Notes under the pieces: model-generated | Database searches by the model: none | What the model was told of the DNA's origin: nothing | What the model saw: the letters and a program-made list of their open reading frames with translations, nothing else | Made by a program: the position numbers and the translations under genes | Part shown: piece after piece, positions 15,108 to 27,000 of the stretch | Layout of the letters: each line of letters begins with the position of its first letter | Numbering within the stretch: position 1 is the stretch's first letter | DNA from: Balanoglossus misakiensis | Lineage: Eukaryota > Animalia > Hemichordata | DNA length: 64,000 bases | NCBI GenBank assembly: GCA_040954595.2 | Contig: CM082590.2 | Span: 2,852,001 to 2,916,000, forward strand | Direction of reading: 5' to 3'

Positions 15108-15738
15108 AAGGAGAAGTGCAGACTGAAATGCAGTGATTGTCAATGTTGTAAATGTATGTGTTGTTGTTGTTTGTTAAAATGTCAGGTTTTTGTAGAATTG
15201 ATGTTTAACAACTTAGCTACTTTGCATGTTAAGCAAGGAGTACACTCAGTCATGTGTAGTATGGTAGTTTAAGCTTAGCTTCATTGAGATGTCATGTCTG
15301 GAGAACATTCACTGAGTTTGAATATTTGCTTGTAGTTTTTAGTCATCCAAGAACTTAGTCTGAGGTTGCCAACCTGTCTATCAGATGTGAAGTTAATACC
15401 TTAAATAATTACAATGACATTGTTCATTTCTCCTGTATGTGTAAAAATCACATGTAATTTATTCAAAAGCTGACTACAAATCACATAGCACAATGCTCAT
15501 TCAAAACAAGATATAATTTTTAAGTTTTAAGTTATAAGGTTTATTTAGTAGAGCATGTTTTGTACATTACATTATTTTTCCAGTTTTGATTGGAAAAACT
15601 GCATGAAAATACGTGTTCACCGAGTTGCAATGACAGTATTACAGTACATCCATATCATTCCTAATTTTATGTGAGAAAACACTGTTGTTGGTATAAGTCA
15701 GAAACTGACATGAAACTGAATACATATAACTCTTCTTT

Positions 15739-17212
15739 TTTTTTTTTTTTTTCATTTCAAAAATACAGGACAAAAACAAAAAAGTCGACAAAGACAAGAA
15801 AAAGAAAGAAACCACAAAAAGAACACTAATCAACGAACAAGTTGACAAAAGCTCCCCATTTTTCTAGATGTATCCCCTGTCTATCATTTGTAGTGGCTAC
15901 ATTATCTTCTATTTTATAAATAGATTTCACATATGATTTAAACTGAAGCATGTTTGGCAAAACATTCGGCACTTTACATTTAAAAATATAAGAACGTCCA
16001 ATCAAAAGAATGAAATTTGCAAGTTGACTACCCCCCTCATCTATATTACCCAGAATACAGTACATTGCACTTAACCTTAGTGTATTAAGAGTGTATTAAG
16101 TGTAACAGTAAAAAAACACTCTTTCACTGAAATCCAAAACTGACTAGTATAAATACAATCCCAAAAAAGATGGTAATAATCCTCTACAACATCTTTACAA
16201 AAAATACAAAGTGGGGAGTCAATTATTCGCCATTTGTAAAGCATGCGGTTTGAAGGCAAGATCTTCATTATTAGTTTGTACTGAAAATTCCAAAGCTTAA
16301 TATCATTTGTTAATTTGAAAGGAAGCGAAAACACAGTTTTTAAGGAAAATACTTCATCAAATACATCGTACCAATAACGTATTATGTGTGGAGAAAGCTC
16401 CTGTGGTGTTTGTAAATTCAGAACAAAAGTGTACATCTCTCTATTGAGTTTTTTACCAGACAAACAATTGGGATTTCGAAAATTAGGCTTACATACCAGT
16501 AGTTTGGATGAGTGTGAATTGTGTACAATATTTTTCCAATCAAGTGGTATTGCACATAATAACTGAAATTGTGTACAAATATTACCATATATTGTAGTAA
16601 ACTGCTCATAATTATAAAACTTACAATTAGCATCGATAAGATCATTAATAAAAATAACACCATTCCTTGAAAAGTTATTCCACAATATTGGCTTATCACT
16701 AATTCGTATCTCAGAATTATTGCAAATTAGTTCTTGGCATACATCGTCTTTATCAGATACTGTAGTGGTATTATACTGCAGCCATGCTGAATAAATTTGT
16801 CTTAAGAAAACAGAATTAATGGGGTTCAAAATATGAAAATCATCTTTTTTTAAATTGGCATAATACACTTGGGGCCCACTAAAACTGGAAAGAACAAATT
16901 TATACAATTTACTACAAAATAAACTATTGTTTCACATGATCCTCAAAAACCAGGCTGTCTTTAGCGTCAAATTAAAGGCAGGCAAATTTGTCAAATTGAG
17001 ACCCCCATTTACATATTAATTGTAGATGGTATTCCTCTTAATCTTGTCTCGCTTACCACCCCACAAAAAATTGAAAACTAAAGTTTCATACTTTTTAAAG
17101 AAGTCATTACCAGGAGATGGTAGAGACATGAAAAGATGAGTAAACTGTGAATTGACCAAGGATTTTATAATTGTTACTTTCCCATAAAAAGTGAGCCCCC
17201 TACCCTGCCATG
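15739..17212 (-). mobile_element. 5'-truncated non-LTR retrotransposon (L1/Tx1-type LINE), decayed ORF2 C-terminus with poly(A) tail and 14-bp TSD
   Basis: Minus-strand translation gives WQGRGLTFYGKVTIIKSL...FLWGGKRDKIKR...GGLNLTN...LKTAW, then ORF 16077-16907 with a zf-RVT-type CIFC...HLFWDC motif, then 15826-16065 ending EKWGAF. The T-run 15739-15752 is the poly(A). tataactcttcttt flanks both ends (15725-15738 and 17213-17226). Several frameshifts are present. Confidence 0.88.
16077..16907 (-). pseudogene. LINE ORF2 fragment (zinc-binding zf-RVT region downstream of the RT domain)
   Basis: ORF-track protein contains FQYKLIMKILPSN..LYKWRIIDSPLCIFCKDVVEDYYHLFWDC, typical of L1/Tx1 ORF2 C-termini. 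The frame is broken at both ends. Confidence 0.85.
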
Positions 17213-17424
17213 TATAACTCTTCTTTACACTAGTAATTTCTCACAATATTATAATGTGACTATACCATTGTTATTTGTATTTGATGTACCTGTTCCCAAT
17301 TGTGAAAAAATAACACTTAGTATACAGTAAATATGAACAAGTTGTTTGGTTTATAGGGAGGAACCAAGTTCGATTTCCTCAAAAAGGCAAAGAAGCCAAT
17401 TAAAACAGCGCACCAAACTGTTAA

Positions 17425-17452
17425 AGGGACAAAGTCTCTCTCTTTTTGCCTT
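17425..17452 (+). repeat. Left terminal inverted repeat of the Kolobok element (28 bp)
   Basis: agggacaaagtctctctctttttgcctt immediately follows TTAA. Confidence 0.93.
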
Positions 17453-17719
17453 CAAACTCCATTAAATACTTACTTCAAATCCATTATTATGACATATAAT
17501 GACCACACATTGCTTGAAGAATACCCTGAACTACGTTTTCGCCGTTTAGGCTAAAGACTGGATTTCTGCCTGGCCGTGCGCGCGATTTCGACCGACCGCC
17601 ATGTTGACCTCCCGCGAAGTGAAAAACTACGCATATTGCGGTTGCGTCACAATGTCAACACACACATGTGCTTCAGTCAATGACCTGGTCACGTACGTTC
17701 ATGACCCTGGATCACAACA

Positions 17720-20700
17720 ATGGAATGCGAGGTAAGTACATATACGAATACTTATAGAATTCTGTAAACTAGAGAAAATTAGTAGAGAATGTTTTTTTAT
17801 GAATGACATTGACATTGACAATGATAAAGAAGGTAAACTTTACGATGTCAGATGGAGATGCCGGTGATTTACCGTACATCGCGATGTTCATTTGTTTGTT
17901 TTGATTCTTGTTTTCACGTTCCGGGATTTATCTAAATTTTCGCTGAGTATTTACGGTTTCTTTAGACCGCTTTCTTGTTCCACGGTGCACTGATTTCTAT
18001 TTCAAATATGACGTGATCACCAGTTGTAAACTCCTAACGAAAATACACGTAAGCATAAGTACGAGTAGACGCCGGGTTGCACTGGGGTTGCACTACGGTG
18101 ACATCGACAGCTGGCAGCTAGCTGTAGATGCCGTAATGTACATGAACTAGACCGGATGCCGATCGGCCCCTATCGAGTACTCATTATCATCTGCTCACGC
18201 GCTAATGAACAGGGGGATTATTATTATGAATAGAGCAAGTGCATGCACTTGCACCGGGGAAAAATATGCATAGAATATTTCGAATTAAAAGTTTGCGAGT
18301 CATGCAAACCAAGTGATAAAAAATAGAACCAAGCAGTGGGCTTGAATTTGAATGGCATGCATTTACAGGGGATATGCACCATGCCCCATCCCTGTCCAGA
18401 AGAAACACAAACTTATTGATTTTCTTAGGGGAGAGATGTTACTGTTTGGGTTAGTGAGCAAATTTGATTATTTTGGTAGAGGGCAATCATTGTACACGTC
18501 TGGATTTTACATGCATATGAATAATGGATTTATGTTCACAAATTTCACCTAATTCATGAAATTGCATGATTTGCAATATAACTGCAATGTACAAAATTAT
18601 TTATTACAATTTTTCAATTTAAAATCTTATTTTTTTCCAGACAAGTGAAATAGATAACGCAGAAAGAGAATACAGCCCAAGTACAAATGAAAGAGGTAGA
18701 GGACAACGTGGTAGAAGTCGAGGCCGTGGTAGGGGTAGAGGTCGAGGTGGTGAGACTGAGAGAGGAGGAAGTGTTGCAGCTCGGGGGAGTACAAGTCGAG
18801 GCCGTGGTAGGGGTAGAGGTCGAGGTGGTGAGACTGAGAGAGGAGGAAGTGTTGCAGCTCGGGGGAGAACAAGCCGACGACGTGGAAGGGGTAGGAGGGG
18901 TGCAACATCCGTATCTGTTGGAGATGCTGTTGCCCAACTACAACAAAGGAGACAAAGAATGGAGGTAACTTTAAAAACATACATTTATTTCATACATATA
19001 TAAATAAAACAAAACAATAAAAATAGTGCTGTTTGTATCATTCAATGAAATTGTTAACAATCTGTCCACAGGCTGCTGTTGAACACATGAAAAACGATGA
19101 ACTGCAAAGAATGGTGATACAAATGGTTGATTGGCAGCCTGGTTTGATGTTTAATCTCATATTCCCAGTAACACTAGAACAGCAGGGATACCACCCACCC
19201 TCAGCAACTCAATCACCTGACTGGTGCATTTGCAGTCACTGTCAGCAGATGCCAACAGAAATGGAGAAAATGTGCTGCGATAAACAGCCACAAAACTGCA
19301 TCTCAAGATCACCGGTAAGTCAAGTAAGCTTTTGGATTTTAACTTGTACATGAATATAATTCTACAAGGACTCACTACTAAACCACTATGAACTGAAAAT
19401 TTGAACTCTAAGTTAAATTGAACACATTCAGTTCCACTTACCTGGCTACAGTCAAACTGTACTTCCTGTAACATTTTTGCAAAGTATATCCACAATGGTT
19501 TGCATATAGCAAAGCAAAGCTGGTTGTTTGTGTGTTTTTGTCAGAAGTTTTAGAGCCACAATATCATAACGTAGGGAGATAATCCAATGCAAACAGTTTG
19601 ACCTGAAGGGTTGTGAAAAGAGTGCATGTGTTGAGGACGGAACTTTGGAAGAACAGGTTACAAACTCAAAGTATACAGAAATATGTATTTGTAACACGAT
19701 ACAGGAATTTATAATTTGTGCATTATGCATATATTGAGACGTCTAGTGTTAGATTCTGCATATACCAATACAGAGGTCAGATAAACATTGAAATTTAAAG
19801 AGACACTGGAAACACACCACTATTATTCAAAACCTGAGATTGCTTTCTGAAGTCAAGAAAACAATGATATAAAAATTCCCTTTGGAAGTTGGTGTTGACA
19901 TCAACACAACTAAATATATATATAAAAAAAATTCTGTGAAGTACTGGTGGCCAGTGCAGCTTCATTGTCACATTTGGCATGGCAGTGTAAGGAAATCGTC
20001 GAGTAGTGTGCTATAGAAAACATCTTTGTTGACAAATTTACAAAATCTTCAGAACAAAACATCAATACAAACTGATTATTCTAAAGTTAAAGGGACAAAG
20101 TCTCTCTCTCGCTGCCCTTTTTCCATTAATTATGTTTGATACAAGACACTATTTATGTTAATTTACATGTGGATATGAATCAACGCTCAACCACACACAC
20201 CTTCCATCCCACTTGTATCATGCGAAGTAAAAACTTGCCCAGAATGAATAAATGGTAGAGACCGTTTATTTATTTTGGTGAGTTTTTCACTCTTGTGTCT
20301 ACAAGCAGGAATGGGAGGTGTGTTTGGTCGAATGTTGATTCACTATATATCCACATGTAGAATAACATGAACAATGTCTTGTATCAAGCAAAATCACTGG
20401 AAAAGGGCAGTGAGAGAGAGACTTTGTCCCTTTAAAAATGTTACATTTTGGCAACAAATGACAACAGCATGCCATCTATGTCACTGTCAGTAATAAAACT
20501 TCAGTGATTACAATATGAGTTGAAAGTCTTGTAAATATTTCATTAAATTTGCTTGTGGTTTACACTTTATGTGAATGAATGTAAATGTGGACAAAAAACT
20601 ACTGTAATCTTGAAGGAACAAATCCAGTGTTGCGGGCAAATGGGTCAGGAAATCGGTCCTGGATCTTCCAGACACAGCAACTATAGAGAGGTTTGACTGT

Positions 20701-21015
20701 AGGCTCTTCCTTTTTTTTTACATATTATGAACCTAACTTTTGTTATCTTTCTGTCACCAGGATTTCAATGTGCTTGTGCTCAATGAGGCTGTGTTGGCCT
20801 TGGCTAGGACCTACAGGCGAGAAATCTTTGCTACTGATGATGATGATGACAATAACACAGATAACCGACATGCTGCCTATAGGCAGTATGTCATGTGGCA
20901 GTATGGTCGTTTAGGTGCAGGAAACCGTGTGGTCATTCCCAGTTGCTGTGTCTGGGAGATCCGGGACCGATTTCCTGACCCATTCGCCCGCTACACTGGA
21001 TTTGTTCCTTCATGA
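17720..21015 (+). CDS. KolX accessory protein (P2X7 cytoplasmic-ballast-like Cys-rich domain, RG-rich N-terminus), 4 predicted exons, 277 aa
   Basis: Exons with GT-AG sites, all phase 0: 17720-17731 (MECE|gtaagt), 18641-18964 (RG-rich), 19072-19314 (..PDWCICSHCQQMPTEMEKMCCDKQPQNCISRSP), 20761-21015 (DFNVLVLN..NRHAAYRQYVMWQYGRLGAGNRVVIPSCCVWEIRDRFPDPFARYTGFVPS*). WC.C..C..M....E..CC and R..AY....W..G.LG...R..IPSC...IR..FP....Y.GF are hallmark P2X7-ballast/KolX motifs. The 12-bp first exon is the least certain. Confidence 0.87.
18714..18869 (+). repeat. 78-bp in-frame tandem duplication inside KolX exon 2 (26-aa RG-rich unit x2)
   Basis: aagtcgaggccgtggtaggggtagaggtcgaggtggtgagactgagagaggaggaagtgttgcagctcgggggag occurs twice in tandem. 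Confidence 0.9.
20091..20431. mobile_element. Palindromic non-autonomous Kolobok MITE (341 bp) in KolX intron 3
   Basis: TTAA on both sides (20087-20090, 20432-20435). Termini AGGGACAAAGTCTCTCTCT...AGAGAGAGACTTTGTCCCT are shared with the host element. Both arms resemble the host right end (33912-34097). Confidence 0.92.
20579..20682 (-). repeat. Inverted copy of the KolX 3' coding end and start of its 3' UTR, lying in the preceding intron
   Basis: 20611-20682 is the reverse complement of 20941-21012 with 4 mismatches in 72 bp. Weaker similarity extends 20579-20610 versus ~21013-21050. Confidence 0.9.
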
Positions 21016-21056
21016 TTACAATAGTTTTTTTTGTCTACATGTATTTACATATGGAA

Positions 21057-24000
21057 TCATTCAGGCAATTCTCTGGTTCGTCTCGATATTTTTTCTTTTA
21101 CTAGATCAGTTGTTGGTGGTGGTGGTATTTGAGCCAGATGCATGGATATTCTCCTAGGATCTGTAGTTTCTAGTTCTCTCTTTTTCTTCATTCCTTCTCT
21201 ATCTTGAAGTCTCTTCTGCAGAATATCTTTTATCAGTGGCCTGATGTAGGGATAGGACTTGGCTTCTTTTACTGGAGCGGCGGACCATCTGTTGCTCTTT
21301 TTGTTGAATTTTCTGTGGTACCTTTGATTGAAACGCAGTGATCAAAAACTTAGTTTGTGCAATCATTTTTACTTCACTTACTGTATTGTTTTTATATGCA
21401 ACAATACCACATGCTGTATGCATGCATTTCTTTTTTACCACGATTTTACACCTTTCAATTGTTATTTTGAATTTTGTTTTTAAACTGCTTGTCTTTCACA
21501 GAATGACATTTTGTTTTCTGCAAAAGCTACATTTTAAAAGTGATTACTGTGGTTATATTAAATGTGTTTTGGCATTCATTTACATTTGAAGATTCTGCAA
21601 TAAAGTGTTGTTTGGACTCACATTTCTTGACCATCTTTAGTTTTCCTTGTTTCCCTTTCTAGGTGCGCATTGTGGTCTAAGGCGGCCAAGATATTTCTGG
21701 CCCTGTATGCTGGTGGTGAGTAAGCATACCTCTTGGAAGCGTACATTAGAATGTGTTGTTGGAAAGATTCCAATTCAGCCGTCGATCTGCAGAAGAACAG
21801 ATAATAAAACTTCTGTTCAGTCTATTTGTCTTCAAATTGGGTAAGACTGCTGTCAAAGGCAACCAAGTTCATGGCCACAAAAGCCTGTATATGAGACTTA
21901 CATAAATAAGTATTTGTTGTCATACTACACAATTTGGGTCATGATACCATCTACAGTGACAAAAAAATATTTTACAACCTATAAAACAAGGATTTTGTTT
22001 AGTGACCCTTTTACTTTTAAATGTCAACTACCGGTAACTCATTTCCAAGCTAATATTGACAGGTTTCTCGCAAAAATTAGCATTGATTTTGGCAACAAAA
22101 TGCCACAGGAAATGCCAGAGTATGTATGGCCCTATTTATTGGTGTCTTTTGGCCAAATGACCAATTTTGTTACCTGAAATTCAGAAGATAGTGGATCTTC
22201 TTTAGGAATGCTTTGTCAAACACGACATTTCTCAATGCCAAATGGGCTGCACCGTTTTTCTTTAAGTACTTCCTTTCAGCGTCCCCAGTATCAGCAAGTG
22301 GTCCATGGTCGCATTCCATGGCATTGCTGTTGCCATAGTTCACATGCCATGTGTGTTCATCTACCACGTGATGTATAACACCACCCCAAATCTCCTGCAC
22401 AACAACATACAGTCTCTATATCACGATTTTTGATTATATCAGTAAAGTTTACAATCCCATAAATCACTATTGCAATAACATGAACTATGACATGTTCAAT
22501 GCACAGCAAAACAGCAGCAACCAATCCAATTGAATGTTAAAACATGTCTCAATATTTATTATCAAATATTAATTTTTAAGATTACCCTAAGAAGTCTCTA
22601 TAGTATCACACATTTTAACATCTAGGCTAGCTGATGATAAGTAATACTTACCAGAAACTTGTCCATATCTGATGCTTTTTGACAACAATACCAAAAGTGG
22701 TTCACAATGTGGGTCACCCATTTCAGCAGTGGTTTGCACTCTTTGTTTTGTGCAGCCTTAAAAAAACACAGAATACACTCATGATTGTGATGTCCGGGGA
22801 GGGGTTATTGACAGTCGACAACGACGGAGTTCCACAGAAGTGATGTTTATTGAATGACAACCACGCGGGAACTAACAGTTACAGGAAATCACGTATACAG
22901 ACCATGTGACAATCACGTGATCATGACAATACTATCACATCTCCTCAACTTTAGAAGAAAACTTGTACTTTAAGTTTACAACTCGCTTTGGAAAGTATGA
23001 AATTTGCCAACACTGTCAAATTGTAATGCTTTGTGAATGATCATGTTCTAACAAACGAAAACAAACAGAACCTTAACCTTAACAAGAACTTGAGAACTTC
23101 ATAACTAGGAAAATACAAATCTCCAAGAGAAAATTTGCTCTACAGAAACTCATTCCATAATGTTTGTGTACAGTCTTATGTCAATATAATCTATCCTTCT
23201 GGCATGCAATAGTCTTTGTGCCAAGGAGGTTTAGATTTTATTCTTGTTGAGCGTCTCACATCAGTACTATTGGGGTTTACATTTGTCTTAGGTGAATTTG
23301 TCACTGGCATTGTTGGAGGAACATTTACAATCGTTTCCAACGATGCTGTACCAGTAGGTGAAACAGGACTAGGACATGCTGGTCCAGTTGATTTCTGACT
23401 AGAACAGACGGGTTATACTGGCAAGTTATCCAGGTTGTTATGTGTAGACAAATCATGGATATGGGGGTTACAGGATGGAACACCATTTTGAACCCTTTGA
23501 GGTTGTTCATATGTCAAATGTTTGGAGTTCCATTCAGTGCCCTGGAAGGAAAATTCTGGATATTCCTCAACATATTTCTTTACATGTCCAGTGGACCTTC
23601 TTTTTACACCTTTGGAGTTTTCCAATACTAACGCACCTCCATCTTTCTGGATGACTTTGTATGGTTCTGTCTCGAAATTGGGAGTGAGTTTGTTTTGCCT
23701 AAATGCTTGCTGGAGCAAAACAGTATCACCTTCCCTGATATCTGAGGAAGTGGCATGTCTCCTGTTGTCGGCATAGAACTTTTGTTTCATTTTCATTCTG
23801 TTGTTTCTTTCTCTCATTTTGATTTGCCAATCAGACTCATTGATTGTTTGGGATGGAATTCTCAGTCTAGGAATTTTGTCCCTAAACTCTCTTCCCATCA
23901 GAGCCATAGCAGGAGATATGCCTGTCACAGTATGGGGTGTATTTCTATATTCAAATAGAAAATGTGTCAAATCTTTGTACCAACTTTTCTTTTGCAATTT

Positions 24001-27000
24001 AGCAATTCGTACAGACTTCAAAATTATTTCATTCAGCCTCTCAACACTTCCATTGCTCTGAGGCCAGTATGGAATGGAATATTCATGATCAATACCTAAG
24101 TAATCAAGGAAACCTTCAAACTCGGCTGAGGTAAAAGGTGGACCATTGTCTGATTTGACACAGTAAGGCAACCCATGTGTAAGAAACATAGCTTCCATGG
24201 CTTTTATGACATGGGCAGCATCTGTTTTCTTTAACAAAACTACTTCAGGCCATCTAGAGTATAAATCAGTTACCACTAGTAATTTCTCACCATCACATAC
24301 ATCCAAAAGATCAACTGCTAAATCGAACCATGGTCCTTCAGGTAACTGTGTGGGTAATAATGGCTCTGGGTTTGGCCTGGCACTGACCAATTGACATGGA
24401 TGACAGGATCGTATCAGTTTTTCCACATCCCTGTCCATTCCTGGCCACCAAACTCTGTCACGTAAACGAGCCTTTGTCCTCACAATTCCCTGATGACCCT
24501 GGTGTGCAATTTTCAAGATTTTTCTTTGCAAAACTTGAGGAACAACCAATCTGTTACCACGCATGATCAATCTGCCATACAACCATAATTCGTCTTTCAC
24601 ATGCCAATAGGGTGAAGACTTCAATTTTGACCAATTTGCAGAGGTAATACACTTTTCAACCAATTGCAAGCTCTGGTCTTTTGCAGATTCTCTCTCAATA
24701 TCACGTGGGGTGATAGCAGATGGCATAGCCTCTAAAACAACACTACATGCAAAATCTTCAGTCTCTCTACAATAGTTGTCAGATGGTTCGTCCACGGGCA
24801 ATCTACTCAACATGTCCGCATAATTATTCTTTCCCTTGATATGGGTGATATGATAATCAAATTTTTGCATATATAACAGCCATCTCTCAATTCTAGCTGA
24901 AGGGGGCCTGGAGTTAGGGCTGAATACTTTCAATAAAGGCTTATGGTCAGTTCTGACCTCAAAATGACTGCCTAGCAGAAACTGCTGAAGTTTCTCACAT
25001 GCCCATTTAACTCCAAGCGCCTCTCGCTCAAACTGAGAGTACCTTGACTCAACATGTGTAAGCTTTCTGCTAACATAGTACACTGGTTGATATGAACCAT
25101 TACTTTGCATTTGTTCAAGGATTGCTCCAACACCAACGGGCGATGCATCAGAAGTGACTCGAGTTTTAGCACCCTGCTTGAAATAAGCCATGAATGGACT
25201 TGTGGTCAATTTATGTTTGATGAGATTGAATACTTTCTCATGCTTGGGAAGCCATTTCCACTTTGCATCTTTGCGAGTCAAATCCCACAGTGGGCTTGTC
25301 ACTGTTGCAAATTTATCGACATATTTTGAGCAAAATTGAGCCAGCCCCAAGAAACTTCTCAATTCTGATTTGTCAGTTGGCGTTCGAGCTTTTACAATAG
25401 CTTTGACCTTCTCATCAGTGAGTTTCATACCCTGGGCCGTCATCAAGTGACCCATGAATATCATACTGTCTCCTAGCTTACATTTTGTAAAGTTCAGCGT
25501 TAAACCATGCTCACTAAAACGCTTGATCACTTTCCCAACTCTGGCATGCAGCTGCTCATAATTTTCAGCTACTACTCTAATATCATCATGCATGTTGTGG
25601 GCACCCTCACAGCCCTTCAAAACCTGGCTAATTAGATTTTGAAACTTTTCAGTCGCCATGTTCACACCAAAAACTAAACGCTTGTAGCGATACAAAGAGT
25701 TGGGCCCTGAAAAGGTTGTAATATCCCTGCTCTTTTCATCGAGCTCAATTTGATGGAAAGCCATATTCATATCAAGCTTGCAAAATACCTTGGCCCCTGA
25801 AATTTCCTCTAGCGTTTCATCCATGGTGGGAACAGGGTGTCTTTCCCTAACAATGGCTTGATTTGCTTTTCTCATGTCCAGACATAGTCTGATATCCCCA
25901 TCAGGCTTTTGTACTGTTACAAGGGGGTTGACCCAAGAGGTCGGACCCGAAACCTTCTCTATTACTCCCAGCTTTTGAAGCTCGTTGAGTTTTTTCAACA
26001 ACTTTAGCACGGCGGTTGAAAGGAATTCGCCGGTACTGGGCTATGGGTTTGACACTCTCATCAATATGCAAATGGAGCTTGTAGCCCTTTAACTTACCCA
26101 ACCCATTAAATACCTCAGGATATTTCCTCCGCAATTCTGCAAGAATTGGCGAAGAATTATCAGCAGATATTGAATTTATCGTGTACAGATTCACATTTCC
26201 AACTCTCAACATATCTAAATTCTCAGAAGTACTCCGACTCAACAAAATCGGTTGATCAGCCTTGATCACTATAAAATCAGCAATACATTTCTTTTTAGTA
26301 GGCGCTTCAACATGTAAGGCACATTTACCCAATATATCTAAAGGTTTACTAGAACCATAGGTAAACACTTTATTGTTACAATTTCGAACTTTTACACCAC
26401 GCTTTTCAGCAAGTCTGCGAAATTGTCTTTCACCAATGAGATTACATGTAGCACCACTGTCGATGATAACCGGCACGTGTTGATTCTCGATCTGAATACC
26501 TGTATCAGTGAGGTCCTTCCCACTGGAAGCACGGAAAGCAGCATTGAAAGCATAGTACGCTTTCTCCTCGTCAGTCTCGACGTCTGCATGGCCACCATCG
26601 GCGTTTGCATCAGTAGTCGTCTGAGCTACCTTGTGTGTACCGCGACCATCACCACGCGTACGGCCACGTCCACGTGCGCTGCGGTTACCACCACTGCCTC
26701 GACTGTTGCCATTTTCACTGTCTTTAGACGGACAGTCTTCCCACTTAGCACGACAGTCTGCAGCTCTGTGTCCCGGTTTTTGACATCGGAAACACCGGTC
26801 GGATTTTTGTTCGGCATTGCGAGAACTACCACTTGTACTGGCGCGACATTCACGTTGCATGTGACCTTTCCTTCCACAACGGAAACAGGCTAAGTCCGCC
26901 ATTTTGTTTTTGGCGCGCGTACGTTTACCGCCAATATTGACTGCATTTGCACTCACAGCTTGAGTACCAGACACCAAAACTAGTGCATCTTTGTCGTGAT

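Noticed and set aside
18614-18984. ORF-track calls in the low-complexity duplication (three minus-strand ORFs and the Val/Glu-rich plus ORF 18687-18968)
   Set aside because: The splice sites (ttccag at 18640, gtaact at 18965) and phase match only the RG-rich plus frame. The others are shadows of low-complexity sequence.
19072-21015. Host P2X7 purinoceptor gene
   Set aside because: Only the ballast-like domain is present, with no transmembrane or ATP-binding ectodomain exons. The gene lies inside TIRs opposite a transposase, so it is KolX.
25985-26000. Canonical programmed -1 gag-pol frameshift
   Set aside because: The required shift is +1 and lies downstream of protease inside the RT N-terminus, at a plain A6 run. 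Mutation or sequencing error is more likely.
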